Positions 28,628 through 41,927 are shown, numbered from the stretch's first letter. The stretch is 64,000 bases of DNA from Octopus sinensis (GCF_006345805.1 NC_043013.1:3968001-4032000); one strand, 5' to 3'. The notes: a model not told the origin generated them from the letters alone. Translations and numbers: made by a program.

Positions 28628-29049
28628 GGATTTTTTTCGGTTTGAACGGCAGTTTTTAACATAATTTCTAGGTAACTAAAAAAGTTTAAACTTCGTATAC
28701 TGGTAGAATGTGTTTATAAAACATCTTTTTCTCTTGGCTTTATTGAGAAAATTCTATAGTTTGTAAGATATTTGTTGTTTTTTTTCTTCAATTTCTGCAA
28801 TTTCAACCAATCACTGGCGTCCATTGAGGTAAACAACATTCTGTGCCGTATGAATATGTCCCTCGTTTAAGAAACAAATTGGGTTTATTTACATTTGTAA
28901 AGCAAAAAAGATACCCTTCCTACCACCCCTAACCCTAACGCTAACCTTAAAACATTAAAATGCAATAGATCGATACTAGGGTCATAATTATGGGTGACAA
29001 TTTCATATGACACCGCTAGAAAAAACTGCCGTTCAAACCGAAAAGATCC
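28628..29049 (-). mobile_element. Same GGATC/TTAGGG MITE, opposite orientation
   Basis: Perfect 8-bp TSD TTATTCTG (28620-28627, 29050-29057); CCCTAACCCTAACGCTAACC inside. Confidence 0.88.
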
Positions 29050-30074
29050 TTATTCTGGGCCAGCATGAGTGTGTCGTACTTGTACGGCCAATATAATCCC
29101 TGGAATCGTGATGTTTACAGTTTTTACTTTGCTTATCGAAGTTCGTTTGCTGCATTACAAGCATGATGTTACAGATAAGTAAGTTTAATTTTGATGTTAT
29201 TGTAGTATACTATTAGTGTTAGTTTACAGGTTGTTGTAATGCACATTGTGTTCTATTTCATAAATGCAAAATGCACTGCACTTTGATAATGTGTTCATTC
29301 TATAATTTAAATGTATTTGATATATGTTATACACTTTTTGGTTCATTTTTAATACGTTTTGCGTATTTAATAGGTTTTTTTCCTAGTTGAATTGTTCTAT
29401 AGTCTAGTCTATTGTTTGTTAGATTACCCATTGTTGATTAGTATTTGATTTATTTTGTAAACTTCGAAGAGAATCTATTTGCTCTTTTACGTAAAGATTT
29501 CGCTATTAATATTTAGTATCTAATAGAATGTAACGGTATCTATGTAAATAGAGGCATTTATTTATGCCTTTGCTGGAGACTATGTGATATATATTTATCT
29601 TTTTTTATCAGAACATTTGGCAAGACATTGTCATTATATTTGTGAGAGTTTTATAGTAACTGTTCCGGATGTTAAAAATGTTGAATTTTACTCCGATGCA
29701 CAAGCAGTATCAAGCCATAAACATACAATATAAACCAACTATACAGACAATATAATTCTCATAGTGAATACACCAGAATTCGAGATATTGAAGGAAGCTC
29801 TAAAGAAACAACTACGCACTAAAATTCAGTCTCCAGAACTGTACAAACAAAACTCTTACTATTGCAATGGCTCGATTTCTGGGCATAAATTCAGAAACAA
29901 TCATGAGATGTGTCTTGTCGTTGACATCGAAGACAAAGAAATACATACACTTATATAGAAGCAGTGATAGAAAATGTCAAAGGTGAAATCCTTAGAAAGT
30001 CTTTTAGATTCTCCTTCACAGACGAAATACAAGGTAAAGAAATCTGCAGAATCAAAAAAGCACTAATTAACAGT

Positions 30075-30400
30075 AGACTGCGTGCGCGCACGCTTGAACC
30101 CGCGGCCTCCCGCCTCATAGCTATCCGTCACATGCGCTGGAACGGACATGTCTTCCGTCTCCCGCTAGATCATCCCACCAGGGTTTTACTCTCAGTCGAC
30201 GCAGCGGCTGCGGGCTTGGAGAGGATTCGTGGCAGGTCCCGCATCAGATGGCTGGACGTGACTGGGGAAGATCTCCAGATGCTCAACGTTACCTTGGAGG
30301 ATGTAGAGGGGCGGGTAGGGGACCGTCGACAATGGAGAGCACTGGTGGATATAATTGGTTCTATGCATGATGACGCTTCTGGAACCGCTAACTTAGAATC
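30075..30400 (+). mobile_element. RTE-clade LINE 3' fragment nested in the Penelope remnant
   Basis: MRWNGHVFRL...RIRGRSRIRWLDV...DRRQWR motifs. Confidence 0.8.
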
Positions 30401-30893
30401 AACCCAAACCCCATCAAGCAGGAGTATGAAGCCAACCAGCAAAACCAGGTATTCAAATAAACAAGGAGATCAAGTGACAGAAGAATACAAGTACAATACC
30501 ATACCGAGTACGAAAGACAAAGTACAAATAAAATGCTTTACATGAATCAAGTGTTTTACTAATGATAGAATTGATGAACTCATAATCAAAAATCTTATAA
30601 AACAGAACATCAACCATATTCTATTACAAAAAATACTAAATTTAAAAAGAAAAAGATTCTTATCATTAAGGAACCACAAGTACTAAATCTGTAAACAATG
30701 GCCAATATGATGTACGAGTTTGACTGCAAACGTGAAAATTGTAAATTTCCAGATTGCAATTTATATTGGACCAACCAGTAAGGCACTCTATATCTGTTAT
30801 AGCAAGCACTACACCAAAGAGCAATTTCAATGCACTGCGTCACACACCATGCAAAACAAAACAAGATAGGAAAACATTGGGTAACAGATATAT

Positions 30894-31224
30894 GGTGACC
30901 CCCTTCGGTCAGACACTGACCATGGGTTTGCAGCAAGAGAGTTACCCTCTGAGGCACAAGTCTGGACAAAGTTGTTTATGGAAGACCAGCAGTCACCCAT
31001 GCATATCACCCTCCTCTCTCCATGTCACTGATGTTATCTAAGGGGAAGGTAAACACTGATGCACCAGTGACGTCGCAACTCATTTCTACAGCTGAGTGAA
31101 CTGGAGCAACGTGAAATAAAGTGCTTTGCTCAAGAACACAACACGTAGCCCGGTCCGGGATTCGAGCTCACAACCTCACGATCGTAAGCTCGACGCTCTA
31201 ACCACTGAGCCACGCGCCTTCACA
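30894..31224 (-). mobile_element. tRNA-derived CORE-type SINE family D, full length
   Basis: Head GAAGGCGCGTGGCTCAGTGGTTAGAGC, CORE-like GTGTTCTTGAGCAAAGCACTT; 12-bp TSD TAACAGATATAT; partial copies at 42718-42947 and 62205-62432. Confidence 0.85.
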
Positions 31225-31492
31225 TAACAGATATATATGCTGCGCAGAAATAACACAGAATGAAATAAGAAGTAATAATTTACTAATACAAAGGTTTTTA
31301 GTGTGTAGATTTCATCTTCATTATAATTGAGCAAATATAGGAAAAGTATAGAAAACCTAGGTGTGTGTGAAAATCTCGATTTATGAACTATAGGGACAAA
31401 AGAAACTTACCAGAAATATTACGTTCAAATTTAAATATATTGAATTCTGCGTGTCTCTAAGTAAAGTTAACTGATGATATTTGGAAAAGCTA

Positions 31493-31724
31493 GGCGGCGA
31501 GCTGGCAGAACTGTTAGCACGTCGGGCGAAATGCGTAGCCGTATTTCGTCTGCCGTTACGTTCTGAGTTCAAATTCCGCCGAGGTCGACTTTGTCTTTCA
31601 TCCTTTCGGGGTCGATAAATTAAATACCAGTAACGCACTGGGGTCGATATAATCGACTTAATCCGTCTGTCTGTTCTTCTTTGTCTCCTCTGTGTTTAGC
31701 CCCTTGTGGGTAGTAAAGAAATAG
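31493..31724 (+). mobile_element. SINE family A with 16-bp TSD
   Basis: TSD GATATTTGGAAAAGCT at 31476-31491 and 31724-31739. Confidence 0.92.
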
Positions 31725-32122
31725 ATATTTGGAAAAGCTTCCTAAAAATTGATCAGGTGATATTTTAGAGAGGTTATCGAGAATTTTTAAATAAATAATA
31801 GAGTTTGTATTCTAATGAATAAGATATATCACTAATTATTAATATAAGGAAATGTAAACTTGGTAAGATGTAATTTAATACTCTTTACTACTCTTTAAGA
31901 GACGAACTACTTATATAAACTTCCTGCAGATACCCGATCCCCAAACGGTAGCAACCAGTAGCATTCCATTGTCGAGTGACTAGGGAAAGATAATGGTGAC
32001 AAAAAAGTATTCAAACTGTCGGGGGAAATACAAAAAAAAAAAGGAGAAAAGAAAAAGAAGTCACGACACTAAAAGCGAACATCAACAGAAAACTATTAAA
32101 GCAGGTGAGGGAAGAGGAAATA

Positions 32123-32517
32123 TATTTCTTTATTGTCCACAAGGGGCTAAACATAAAGGGGACAAACAAGGACAGACAAACGGATTAAGTCGATTACATC
32201 GACCCCAGTGCGAAACTGGTACTTAATTTATCGACCCCGAAAGGATGAAAGGCAAAGTCGACCTCGGCGGAATTTGAACTCAGAACATAACGGCAGACGA
32301 AATACCTATTTCTTTACTACCCACAAGGGGCTAAACACTGAGAGGATAAACAAGGACAGACAAACGGATTAAGTCGATTACATCGACCCCAGTGCGAAAC
32401 TGGTAATTAATTTATCGACCCTGAAAGGATGAAAGGCGAAGTCGACCTCGGCGGAATTTGAACTCAGAACGTAACGACAGACGAAATGCCGCTAAGCACT
32501 TCGCCCTACGTGCTAAC
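32123..32517 (-). mobile_element. Tandem dimer of SINE family A
   Basis: Two successive units joined at AAAGAAATAG|GTATTTCGTCTG (minus strand, about 32300). Confidence 0.85.
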
Positions 32518-33212
32518 CACTCCAAAAACAACAGCGATGCCATTTCCCTGAACATTAATGAAGACAGTGACATTGAATTGAGATTCAATGCTCTTTGAGG
32601 ATAAAACCAAACAACTAATAGACAAAATCACGTATCTGTGGTGTTATGGATATTCCTGTGATGTAAAATGACGGACCGGCCGCTGGGGTTGGAATACAGG
32701 AGGCACTTGGAAGACGGTTCTTGGTAAGAGCAATTCAAAGTTAGTACGATGAAGTGAAACAAACTCATCTTAAAGAAATGAGTAGTTATTTACCCCACCC
32801 AAGTCAAAAACGGAAGCTTTGGTACGCGGTACTGTAACAGAATATGGCACTGTAGTCCAGCAAATTCGAGGGTGTGAGCTTGGTCCGACGGAACAGGATT
32901 ACTTCGATCATCAGGATTTCTTAGTGCGCAGTGAGAACAAATTCCATTGCACTCAAATTTGCCTTGTATCATTTTGGGATCGATAAAATAAAGTACCAGG
33001 AGCATGCCCTCCCCTCAAAATTGATGATCTTAGAAACCCTTAAGAAGGCAGCAAGCTGGGAGACTTAGAACTGTTTACGTTCTGAGTTCAAATTTTACCG
33101 GGTTTGACTTACATCCTTTCGGGGTCGATAAAAAAAAGCTGAACACTAGAGTCGATGAAATCGACTATCCCCTCCCCATAAAATTTTCGGTCTTGTGCCT
33201 ATAGTAGAAAGG

Positions 33213-33281
<69 letters not shown>

Positions 33282-33647
33282 TGCAAGTCCCATTAGGACT
33301 GGTATCCGTCTTTTCCAATATACGTATTTTTGAAAAACTTCCTTCTTTTTCCTACCTCAATTCATCTAAATTCTAGTGATAAGTTATCCTATCGAGCAGG
33401 CTTTTCATCATTTTTTCAGTCTACGGAGAAATAATTAAATTCGTCCTATTTATATATCAACTGCATAGGATCACAAATATCTTACTTTGATACTGTGTGA
33501 ACTGAGATCTCATTGTTAGACCGTTGATATCAATTAAGGGGTTCACACGTATGCAAATTATAGCCCCAGTTCTCTGCAGCTATTAGAATTGTTGAGTATA
33601 TAAACAGATCGACTGTTAAATTCTCCAAGTTTTGCCAAATTGCTGTA

Positions 33648-33695
33648 GACACTCTGATGAGAACCTAGTAAGGTTCAAAAATCGATTAGGGCTGT
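33648..33695 (+). ncRNA. Minimal type-I hammerhead-like motif (decayed)
   Basis: CTGATGA-GAACC-TAGTAA-GGTTC-aAAA-palindromic AATCGATT-A; G12 replaced by A and stem I weak. Confidence 0.5.
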
Positions 33696-33743
33696 TCATT
33701 TTGTTTTTCGACCGAAGGAGAATATAGCCCTGTTTATGTGCGC

Positions 33744-34260
33744 AGGCGTGGATGTGTGGTAAGAAGCTTGCTTCTCAACCACACGGACCCGGGTTCAATT
33801 CCATTGTGTCGCACCTTGGCCAAACGTCTTCTGCTATTGCCTCGGGCCGACTAAAACCTAGTGAGTGGATTAGGTAGACGGAACTGAAAGAAGCCCATCG
33901 TATACTCTTTACTCTTTTACTTGTTTCAGTCATTTGACTGCGGTCATGCTGGAGCACCGCCAGTACTTATTCTATCGGTCTCTTTTGCCGAACCGCTAAG
34001 TGACGGGGACGTAAACACACCAGCATCGGTTGTCAAGCAATGCTAGGGGGACAAACACAGACACAAACACATACACACACATATATATATACATATATAC
34101 GATGGGCTTCTTTCAGTTTCCGTCTACCAAATCCACTCACAAAGCATTGGTCGGCCCGAGGCTATAGGAGAAGACACTTGCCCAAGATGCCACGCAGTGG
34201 GACTGAACCCGGAACCATGTGGTTGATTAGCAAGCTACTTACCACACAGCCACTCCTGCG
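33744..34260. mobile_element. CORE-type SINE family B: head on + (33744-33903) abutting a full copy on - (33905-34260)
   Basis: GCGCAGG.GTGG.TGTGTGGTAAG head, CORE-like CACCTTGGGCAAGTGTCTT, tail GACTGAAACAAGTAAAAGAGTA. Confidence 0.88.
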
Positions 34261-34304
34261 TATATATATATATATAATATATATAATATATATATATATA
34301 TTAT

Positions 34305-34337
<33 letters not shown>

Positions 34338-34349
34338 TATTATATATAT

Positions 34350-34398
<49 letters not shown>

Positions 34399-34969
34399 TA
34401 TATTATATATATATATATTATATATTATATATATATATTAAGGGTATCACTACACGTAAATGCCTCAAACTATAAGAGACTCTTAAAGTCAAAACCGAGA
34501 TGTAATTTGTAAAGCCCGCCTTTTACATGGATATATAAGTGTGAACATTTCTACGTACTATGTTGGATACATTTGGAAAGTGGATTATATACACTAACTG
34601 TGAAATCATATGATTTGCGGCTGAATCTGTTTTTAAGAGACGACTTCCAAGTCGGATATATATATATATATATAATATATATATGTGTGTGTGTGTGTGT
34701 ATGTGTATGTGTGTGTTTGTGTGTGTGTATTTGTGTGTGTGTATGTGTGTGTTTGTGTGTGTGTATTTGTGTGTGGGAGAAAATGTTTGTCCCCCACCAT
34801 CGCTTGACAACCGGTATTGGTGTGTTTATATCTCCGTAACTTAGCGGTTTGTCATAGAATAAGTACTAGGCTTACAAACATTAAGTTCTGGGGTTGATTT
34901 GTTCGACTAAAGGCGGTGCTCCAGTATGGCTTCTGTCAAATGACTGAAACAAGTAAAAGAATATATATA

Positions 34970-34997
<28 letters not shown>

Positions 34998-35019
<22 letters not shown>

Positions 35020-35390
35020 AAACAAAAAATGGAACTAGAACGTAACAGGCGACAACAAAACATCCGGACAGTTAGACGATACAAAAAAGGACAGGGAAAA
35101 ACAAGGACGGGACATTCGGAGCTTTCAGTCTTCAGTCGAGAAGCAGATCATCTTTGCGGTTAATCTCGAGACTGCTCTAATCTGGCCGACCCCAGGGAAA
35201 TCTAAGCTAAGTGCACTAGATTCTTTGGAAGAAAGCAAGCGAATGTATACGAAAACAAGGACGAAAAGAAAAACAAAAATAAATACAGAAATGGAACACA
35301 GTTACAAATACAAACAACAGGACATTAACAACAGGTGTCTTTCGCCTAAGGAAGAATTAAATTAAGCTGGCGTGTGTGGAAGTGAAAAAA
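34998..35390 (-). mobile_element. Short Penelope-type non-coding repeat ending in (TA)n
   Basis: Shares CTAAGGA.GAATTAAATTAAGCTGG.GTGTGTGGAAGTG with 45600-45880; very degenerate CTGAAGA...CGAA motif. Confidence 0.45.
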
Positions 35391-36373
35391 TGTTATACCT
35401 TTATTATTTCTGTTTATTATTAGCTTATAAATCCTACAGTAATCTCCTCTTAGCTGGATAATTTTTAGGGAATCTTTGAAAAATAAATTAATCACGGGAT
35501 TAATTTATTTTCATGTAGGAATTTAAATTTGGCTGTAATATACCTGCTATGTTTTTATGTCGATCGTTTGTGCATCTTAGATTTCCATACATCTAGGTTT
35601 TCAACGCTGCCCCTACAATTATTAATTATGCATACGAAATCCTACGGTAATAAAATCACTCCTTATTTCAATTCAGGACTTTCCTTACTCCGCTTTTGTT
35701 CTCCCACTCTTCATTCTGCCGCTTCCTCTGCTTGTCTCTCTCCCTTCCTCAGTTTCCCTCATCTTCTCAGTTACCGGGATTTCCTTTTCCCTTCATACAC
35801 ACATGCACTTCTATATTACACCATATCGCGAAAGGTATACTTTCGCAAACAAGAGCAGAAAACAGTTAGACATTGCAATCAAGTATCTCAGTTTCTACTA
35901 TCAGTACTAGTATTGCAGATGTATTCAGTGATAGGTCTTGATGTAAACATTTTTATGTACCTAGCTATTCGTAGAAGAAAGGAACTAGAGAAAATACCAC
36001 TGATTTGTATCTAGTTCTGGAAATTATGTTTGTAAACGACAGACTATGCTGATGATCTTGTAGATTTTCGCGTATGCATTTACGTGAATATTAACAAGTG
36101 AAACTGATCGGTACATAGGTAATCGTTTTCGATTTCGTATATTTTCATTTGTCTTGCTTATTTTTTACACTTTGGTTTTGTGCTGAGTTTTTTCTTGAGA
36201 ACACATTCTTCGTGGAAAATAGCGATTTTGACGTCTATATCTAGCATATTGACCGTCCACTTTTAGTGGTCAGTCCTTCAAATTTTGTATGTAAAAAACA
36301 TTTTAATCTTCGGATTTTTTTAATATGCTAGGCCACTGGTTTTATTGATTAATATCAATTTATACCCTTATTC

Positions 36374-36445
<72 letters not shown>

Positions 36446-36599
36446 TAGATAGATAGATAGATAGATAGGGAGGTGTGTTTGTGGAACAGCTTTCCCACGC
36501 TTTACTATTTCGTTTGGTGAATTTCCATTTCTATATAAGTTAAATTCGTTGTTATTAAATTCTGGTACTCTTCTGTCTTTAACACATTTCAAGTATTAT

Positions 36600-37420
36600 T
36601 TTTTTTAAGATTGTCAACAAACAAATGATAGCTTACAACGATGTTTCGCACTGTTGAAGATCCTAGTATATAACCATTGGAATTTTGTAAAATATCTGAC
36701 TGGTTTTGGTGCAAAGGTTTATAGAAGCACAGACAGTGTCGCTTTAGGGATTTCTTTTCTAAGAGGTTTTGCTTTCATTTACAACAGTGAGGACGATGAC
36801 TCTTTCAATCGTTGTAACAAGGACAGCAGGTACTTTTTTTGCAAATGTAGTGATTCCAGAACCCATGGATAGGGAAGGAAGTCAAACACCGTTTTGTAAC
36901 CAAGTCATTCTGTCATAAGTTGAGATGGCAAAAGTTGTTCGCACATCCCGCATATACATTCCTTTCCACTCGTTTAATAATTACTCGCTAGCTTATTGGG
37001 GGAAATAGTTGAGACAGGTTGTGTAAAGCTTTCTACCAAGTGATTGGTTTTCAACGTGGTTACCAGTTTGGTTCGGCAATTTCATTCTCCATATTTTTGT
37101 TTTGTCTTCTACAGAGTGCCAAAATCTTTTTCCAACATCAATTGGTAAATATCTTTCTATTATGCAGATTTCTCACAGATGTAGGGAAAGCTTCACAGTT
37201 TAAGGTGTACTTTTTAATGTTGATATTACTACTGTAATTATTCTCTTTGAACGTATTCAACCACCGTGTTTACCATTTTCAGTTTCATATTAGACCAACA
37301 TAATTGAAGATATTCTTGGGGTAGAGATTTTTCTGCTTAATATTATTTCCACTCTCCAACATCCAGCTTGTAAGTTAAAAGTAAAATTGTGGTAAATACT
37401 GGATTGTTGAAGTAATGAAC
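36600..37420 (-). mobile_element. Highly decayed non-LTR (L1/Tx1-like) C-terminal region
   Basis: LVWKAFHNL, CGMCEQ and TVFD-like segments resemble the post-RT zinc-knuckle region; no open frame. Confidence 0.3.
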
Positions 37421-37527
37421 TTTCTGACTTAAGAAATTGAGTTTACTCTTTAAAAAAAAACTTCGTGAAGGCTTCAAGACTTCAATTATAATTTTTCATT
37501 ATAATCGATTTTAAATATAGAAATTTC

Positions 37528-38334
37528 GGATTTCTTCGGTTTGAACGGCAGTTTTTTCTAGCGGTGTCATATGAAATTATCACCCATAATTATGACCTTA
37601 GAATCGATCTATTGCATTTCAATCTCTTTTAGGGTTAGGGTTAGGGTTGTGGAAGCACTCCGTCGGTTACGACGATGAGGGTTCCGGTTGATCCGATCAA
37701 CAGAACAGCCTGCTCGTGAAATTAACGTGTAAGTGGCTGAGCACTCCACAGACACGTGTACCCTTAACGTAGTTCTCGGGGATATTCAGAGTGACAAGGC
37801 CGGCCCTTTGAAATACAGGTACAACAGAAACAGGAAGTAAGATTGAGAGAAAGTTGTGGTGAAAGAGTACAGCAGGGATCACCACCATCCCTGCCGGAGC
37901 CTCGTGGAGCTTTAGGTGTTTTCGCTCAATAAACACTCACAACGCCCGGTCTGGGAATCGAAATCGCGATCCTATGACCGCGAGTCCGCTGCCCTAACCA
38001 CTAGGCCATTGCGCCTCCTCAGGGTTAGGGTTAGGGGTGGGGGAAAGGTATCTTTTATTCTTCACAAATGTAAATAAACCCAATCTGTTTCTCAAACGAG
38101 GGACATATTCATACGGCACAGAATGTTTTTTTTACCTCAATGGACGTCATTGATTGGTTGAAATTGCAAAAATTGAAGAAAACAACAACAAATATCTTAC
38201 AAACTATAGAATTTTCTCAATAAAGTCAAGAGAAGAATATGTTTTATAAACACATTCTACCAGTATACGAAGTTTAAATTTTTTTAGTTACCTAGGAATT
38301 ATGTTAAAAACTGCCGTTCAAACCGAAAAGATCC
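37528..38334 (+). mobile_element. Third GGATC/TTAGGG MITE, interrupted by a SINE
   Basis: Perfect 8-bp TSD GAAATTTC (37520-37527, 38335-38342). Confidence 0.88.
37649..38018 (-). mobile_element. SINE family C inserted in the MITE TTAGGG array
   Basis: Reverse complement of the 26119-26507 family, flanked on both sides by AGGGTTAGGGTT. Confidence 0.9.
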
Positions 38335-38697
38335 GAAATTTCTTTCAACGACAAAGAAATAAGGGTTTCCCCATAAATAGCTGTTGTCGTTTAGGCAGTC
38401 GCCAAAACGAAGTATCGCCTCTTATTTAATTTTGTCGTTTTAAGAATCACTTGGTAGGAGTGGCTTAGGTGAAAGTTATCACAATAGTTTGCTCACCTGA
38501 TCGGTTTAAGGATTGATACTGCTGTGTTTGAAAAATTGTTGCTCGATTCTCTATCATTCTCAACGTAGAGTAGGTATTGCAGTTAATTGCTACCGTACAA
38601 AACAACATGCCATTACAAGCTTTTTTTATTTTGGAGACTTCTGCGCACTAACGAAAGGACGGAAACTATTCAGCTAATTTGATGATATTGGCAGAGG

Positions 38698-38997
38698 TTC
38701 CTTCTCGAGCCATTCCTGGCTCATAAGGGCCGGTTTCCCGGTTTCTTGGCGTATAGGTTCCCCACCTGGACGGGACGCCGGTCCATCGCAGGTGAACTGC
38801 AAGATGTAGGATGAGGTAAGAGTGAGAGAAAGTTGTGGCGAAAGAGTCAGCAGAAGTTTCGCCATTACCTTCTGACGGAGCTGCGTGGAGCTTAGGTGTT
38901 TCGCGCATAAACACACACATCGCCCAGTCTGAGATTCGAACCCGCGATCCTTCGACAGCGAGTCCGCTGCTCTAACCACTAGGCCATGTTCCTCCAC
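38698..38997 (-). mobile_element. Chimeric SINE: family-C-like head plus V-domain-like core
   Basis: Head GGAGGAACATGGCCTAGTGGTTAGAGC; CCTGCGATGGACCGGCGTCCCGTCCAGG resembles the V-SINE domain; 13-bp TSD ATATTGGCAGAGG. Confidence 0.75.
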
Positions 38998-39182
38998 ATA
39001 TTGGCAGAGGCACAACACATGAATGTGAATAGGTCCCAAAGCTAATGGGACAGCAATTCCTGCCCTATCACTCAATAATAATAATAATAAAGACTACCGA
39101 ATAATAATAATGATCATGATTTCTTTATTAACCACAAGGGTTTCCATTAAAAATATAATGATGATAATAATAATAATAATAA

Positions 39183-39227
<45 letters not shown>

Positions 39228-39231
<4 letters not shown>

Positions 39232-39579
39232 GCCGTCTAATCGAGGTATCACTACCAACAGATTACAATGTATCTCTGAAAGAAATGGAGAAACTCTCAA
39301 AATACAAAGATCTAGAAACAGAGGTAACCCGAATGTGGAATCTGAAAACAGAAACATTTTCTATAATAATAGGTGCATAAGCTATGGTTGAAAATAATTC
39401 AGACATATACATAACCAAAGCACCTGGACTTACGAATGTATATAACATACAGAATTTAACACTACCGGCACCGCAAACGTCCTAAAAATAAGAGCACCAC
39501 GAGAAACCACAGCACATATCCAAGGCACACAGAGCTTCGCGCAAAATTGCAGTGAAAGCACGTGATAAAAATATGACTA

Positions 39580-39641
<62 letters not shown>

Positions 39642-39742
39642 AATAACCATCAGAGCATCACAACAAATCACAGCACATACCCAAGGCACACAGAGCTGCG
39701 CTCGGTAGTGAAGTGAAAGCACGCTATAAAAATAAAACTACT
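39228..39742 (+). mobile_element. R4/Dong-clade LINE 3' fragments in (TAA)n
   Basis: LKEMEKLSKYKDLETEVTRMWNL; shared 3' UTR ending ACTACTGAATAATAAT (39228-39572, 39641-39742). Confidence 0.8.
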
Positions 39743-40692
39743 GAATAATAATAATAATAATAATAATAAATGCCCTGATGCAGTACCAGGCACTGGCTCT
39801 CATGGCTTCTGATTTTAACTAATTGGAAGTGTTATCCTGTACATATTTTGTGCAAAAGATGGGCTACAGCAAATATTCAGTTCAATACTACAGATTTGCT
39901 TGTCAATCGTTTGACCTTAACCAGTTGAGTATGTCCCTTAAGGACTAACAATATGTGTATCCCTGATCATGAGCAGAAGTAGTGGGGCTGCATCATAACC
40001 AGGTGTTGTTGACAGGAATTCTTTGGTGTTTGAATAATTCATAACCCTTAATCAGGGATCTTTTGAGCGAGATGGGCTATTCAACATGAAGAAAATTCTA
40101 ACTTGGTCCCACCTGCAATGTCAAGCGTTGTTTATCTTGATATGAGATCACTATGTCGCGTACATATGGTTATGGTACATGTGCCTCGTGTACACTTATC
40201 AGATGGGTATATTGGGCTTCGTATATTTGTACCACAATGTCACTTTGATATAATGCGCTGCTCTCCCACTCAATAATGATAATGATGATGATGATAATAA
40301 TATTAATAATAATAATCATCCTTTCTATCGAAGGCACACGGCCTGAAGATTGGTGGGAGGGGACTAGTCAATTACATCGACCCCAGTGTTCCACTGGTAC
40401 TTATTTTATCGAACCCGAAAGCAACGGGCAAAATACTGCTATCCATTTCGTCCAGCTTGCTAAAGATTCTACCAGCTTGCCGCCTTAATAATAATCCGTT
40501 CTACTGTAGGCACAAGGCCTGACATTTGGGGTAAGGGATTAAGTCGATTACATCGACCCCACTACGTAACTGGTACTTATTTTATTGACCCTGAGAGAAC
40601 GAAAGATAAAGTTGACCTCGGCAGGATTTGAACTCAGAACGTAAGGACGGACGAAATGCCGCTAAGCGTTTTGCCCGGGGTTCTAACTTTTG

Positions 40693-40747
<55 letters not shown>

Positions 40748-40751
40748 TAAT

Positions 40752-41233
40752 AAAACGAGAAAGTAACCATACTCTAGGATATGTCAATACACACAGATAG
40801 AGAAATTAAGGCCAACAGACCAGATATAGTTGTCAGAGATCATGAAGAAAAAAAAAATTATTTCTAATTGATGTATCAATACCGGCAGATGACAACGTGT
40901 CTCTAAAAGAAATGGAGAAACTTTCAAAATACAAAGACCTGGAAATAGAGGTAACCAGAATGTGGAATCTAGAAACAGAAACAATTCCTATCATAATAGG
41001 TGCATTAGGCATGATAAAAAAATATTCACACAAATACATAACAAAAATACCAGGACTTACAAACACATATAACATACAGAAAATTGCACTACTAGGCACT
41101 GCACACATCCTACGCAGAACACTTTCCATACAATAACCATCAGAGCATCACAACAAATCACAGCACATACCCAAGGCACACAGAACTGCGCTCGGTAGTG
41201 AAGTGAAAGCACGCTATAAAAATAAAACTACTG
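40752..41233 (+). mobile_element. R4/Dong-clade LINE 3' end (restriction-like endonuclease domain)
   Basis: NRPDIVVRDHEEKK..LIDVSIP..DNVSLKEMEKLSKYKDL...IQKIALLGTAHILR; flanked by (TAA)n on both sides. Confidence 0.88.
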
Positions 41234-41240
41234 AATAATA

Positions 41241-41309
<69 letters not shown>

Positions 41310-41867
41310 TTTCAAATTTTTCCACAAGGGCTGCAATTTTGTGGGAGGGGATGGGTTGATTACATCGACCCCAGTATTCAGCGGGTACTTAATTTATCGA
41401 TCCCGAAAGGATGAAAGGCAAAGTCAACCTCGGGGGAATTTGAACTCAGAAGGTAGCGATAGATGAAATGCCGCTAAACATTTCGCTCGACATGCTAACG
41501 GTTCTGCCAGCTCGCTGTCTTAATAATAATAATAATAATCCTTTCTACTAAAGGCATAAGGCCTGAAATTTGGCAGGAGGGGAATAGTCGATTACATGAA
41601 CCCCAATGTTTCACTGGTACTTAATTTATCGACCCAGAAAGGATGAAAAGCAAACTCAACCTTGGCGGAAATTGAACTCAGAACGTAAATGCTGCTAAGC
41701 ACTTTGTCCGACGTGTTAACGATTCTGCCAACTCACCGCCTTAATGATAAAAATGATATTAAAAATTGAATTGAAGATCAAATAGTGCATGTGTTTAATA
41801 GGCAAAAGATGAGCATCCCATAGTAAAATAACATATAACAATATATATATATATACATACACACATG

Positions 41868-41927
<60 letters not shown>

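Larger units (their letters stand above)
29650..31340 (+). mobile_element. Decayed Penelope-like element (RT end and GIY-YIG endonuclease), host of nested insertions
   Basis: QGKEICRIKKALIN (cf. FxxExxRIKQxLxNNGY); ANMMYEFDCKRENC..YW/IG followed by QRAISMHCVTHH and DRKTL resembles a Penelope GIY-YIG. Confidence 0.6.
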
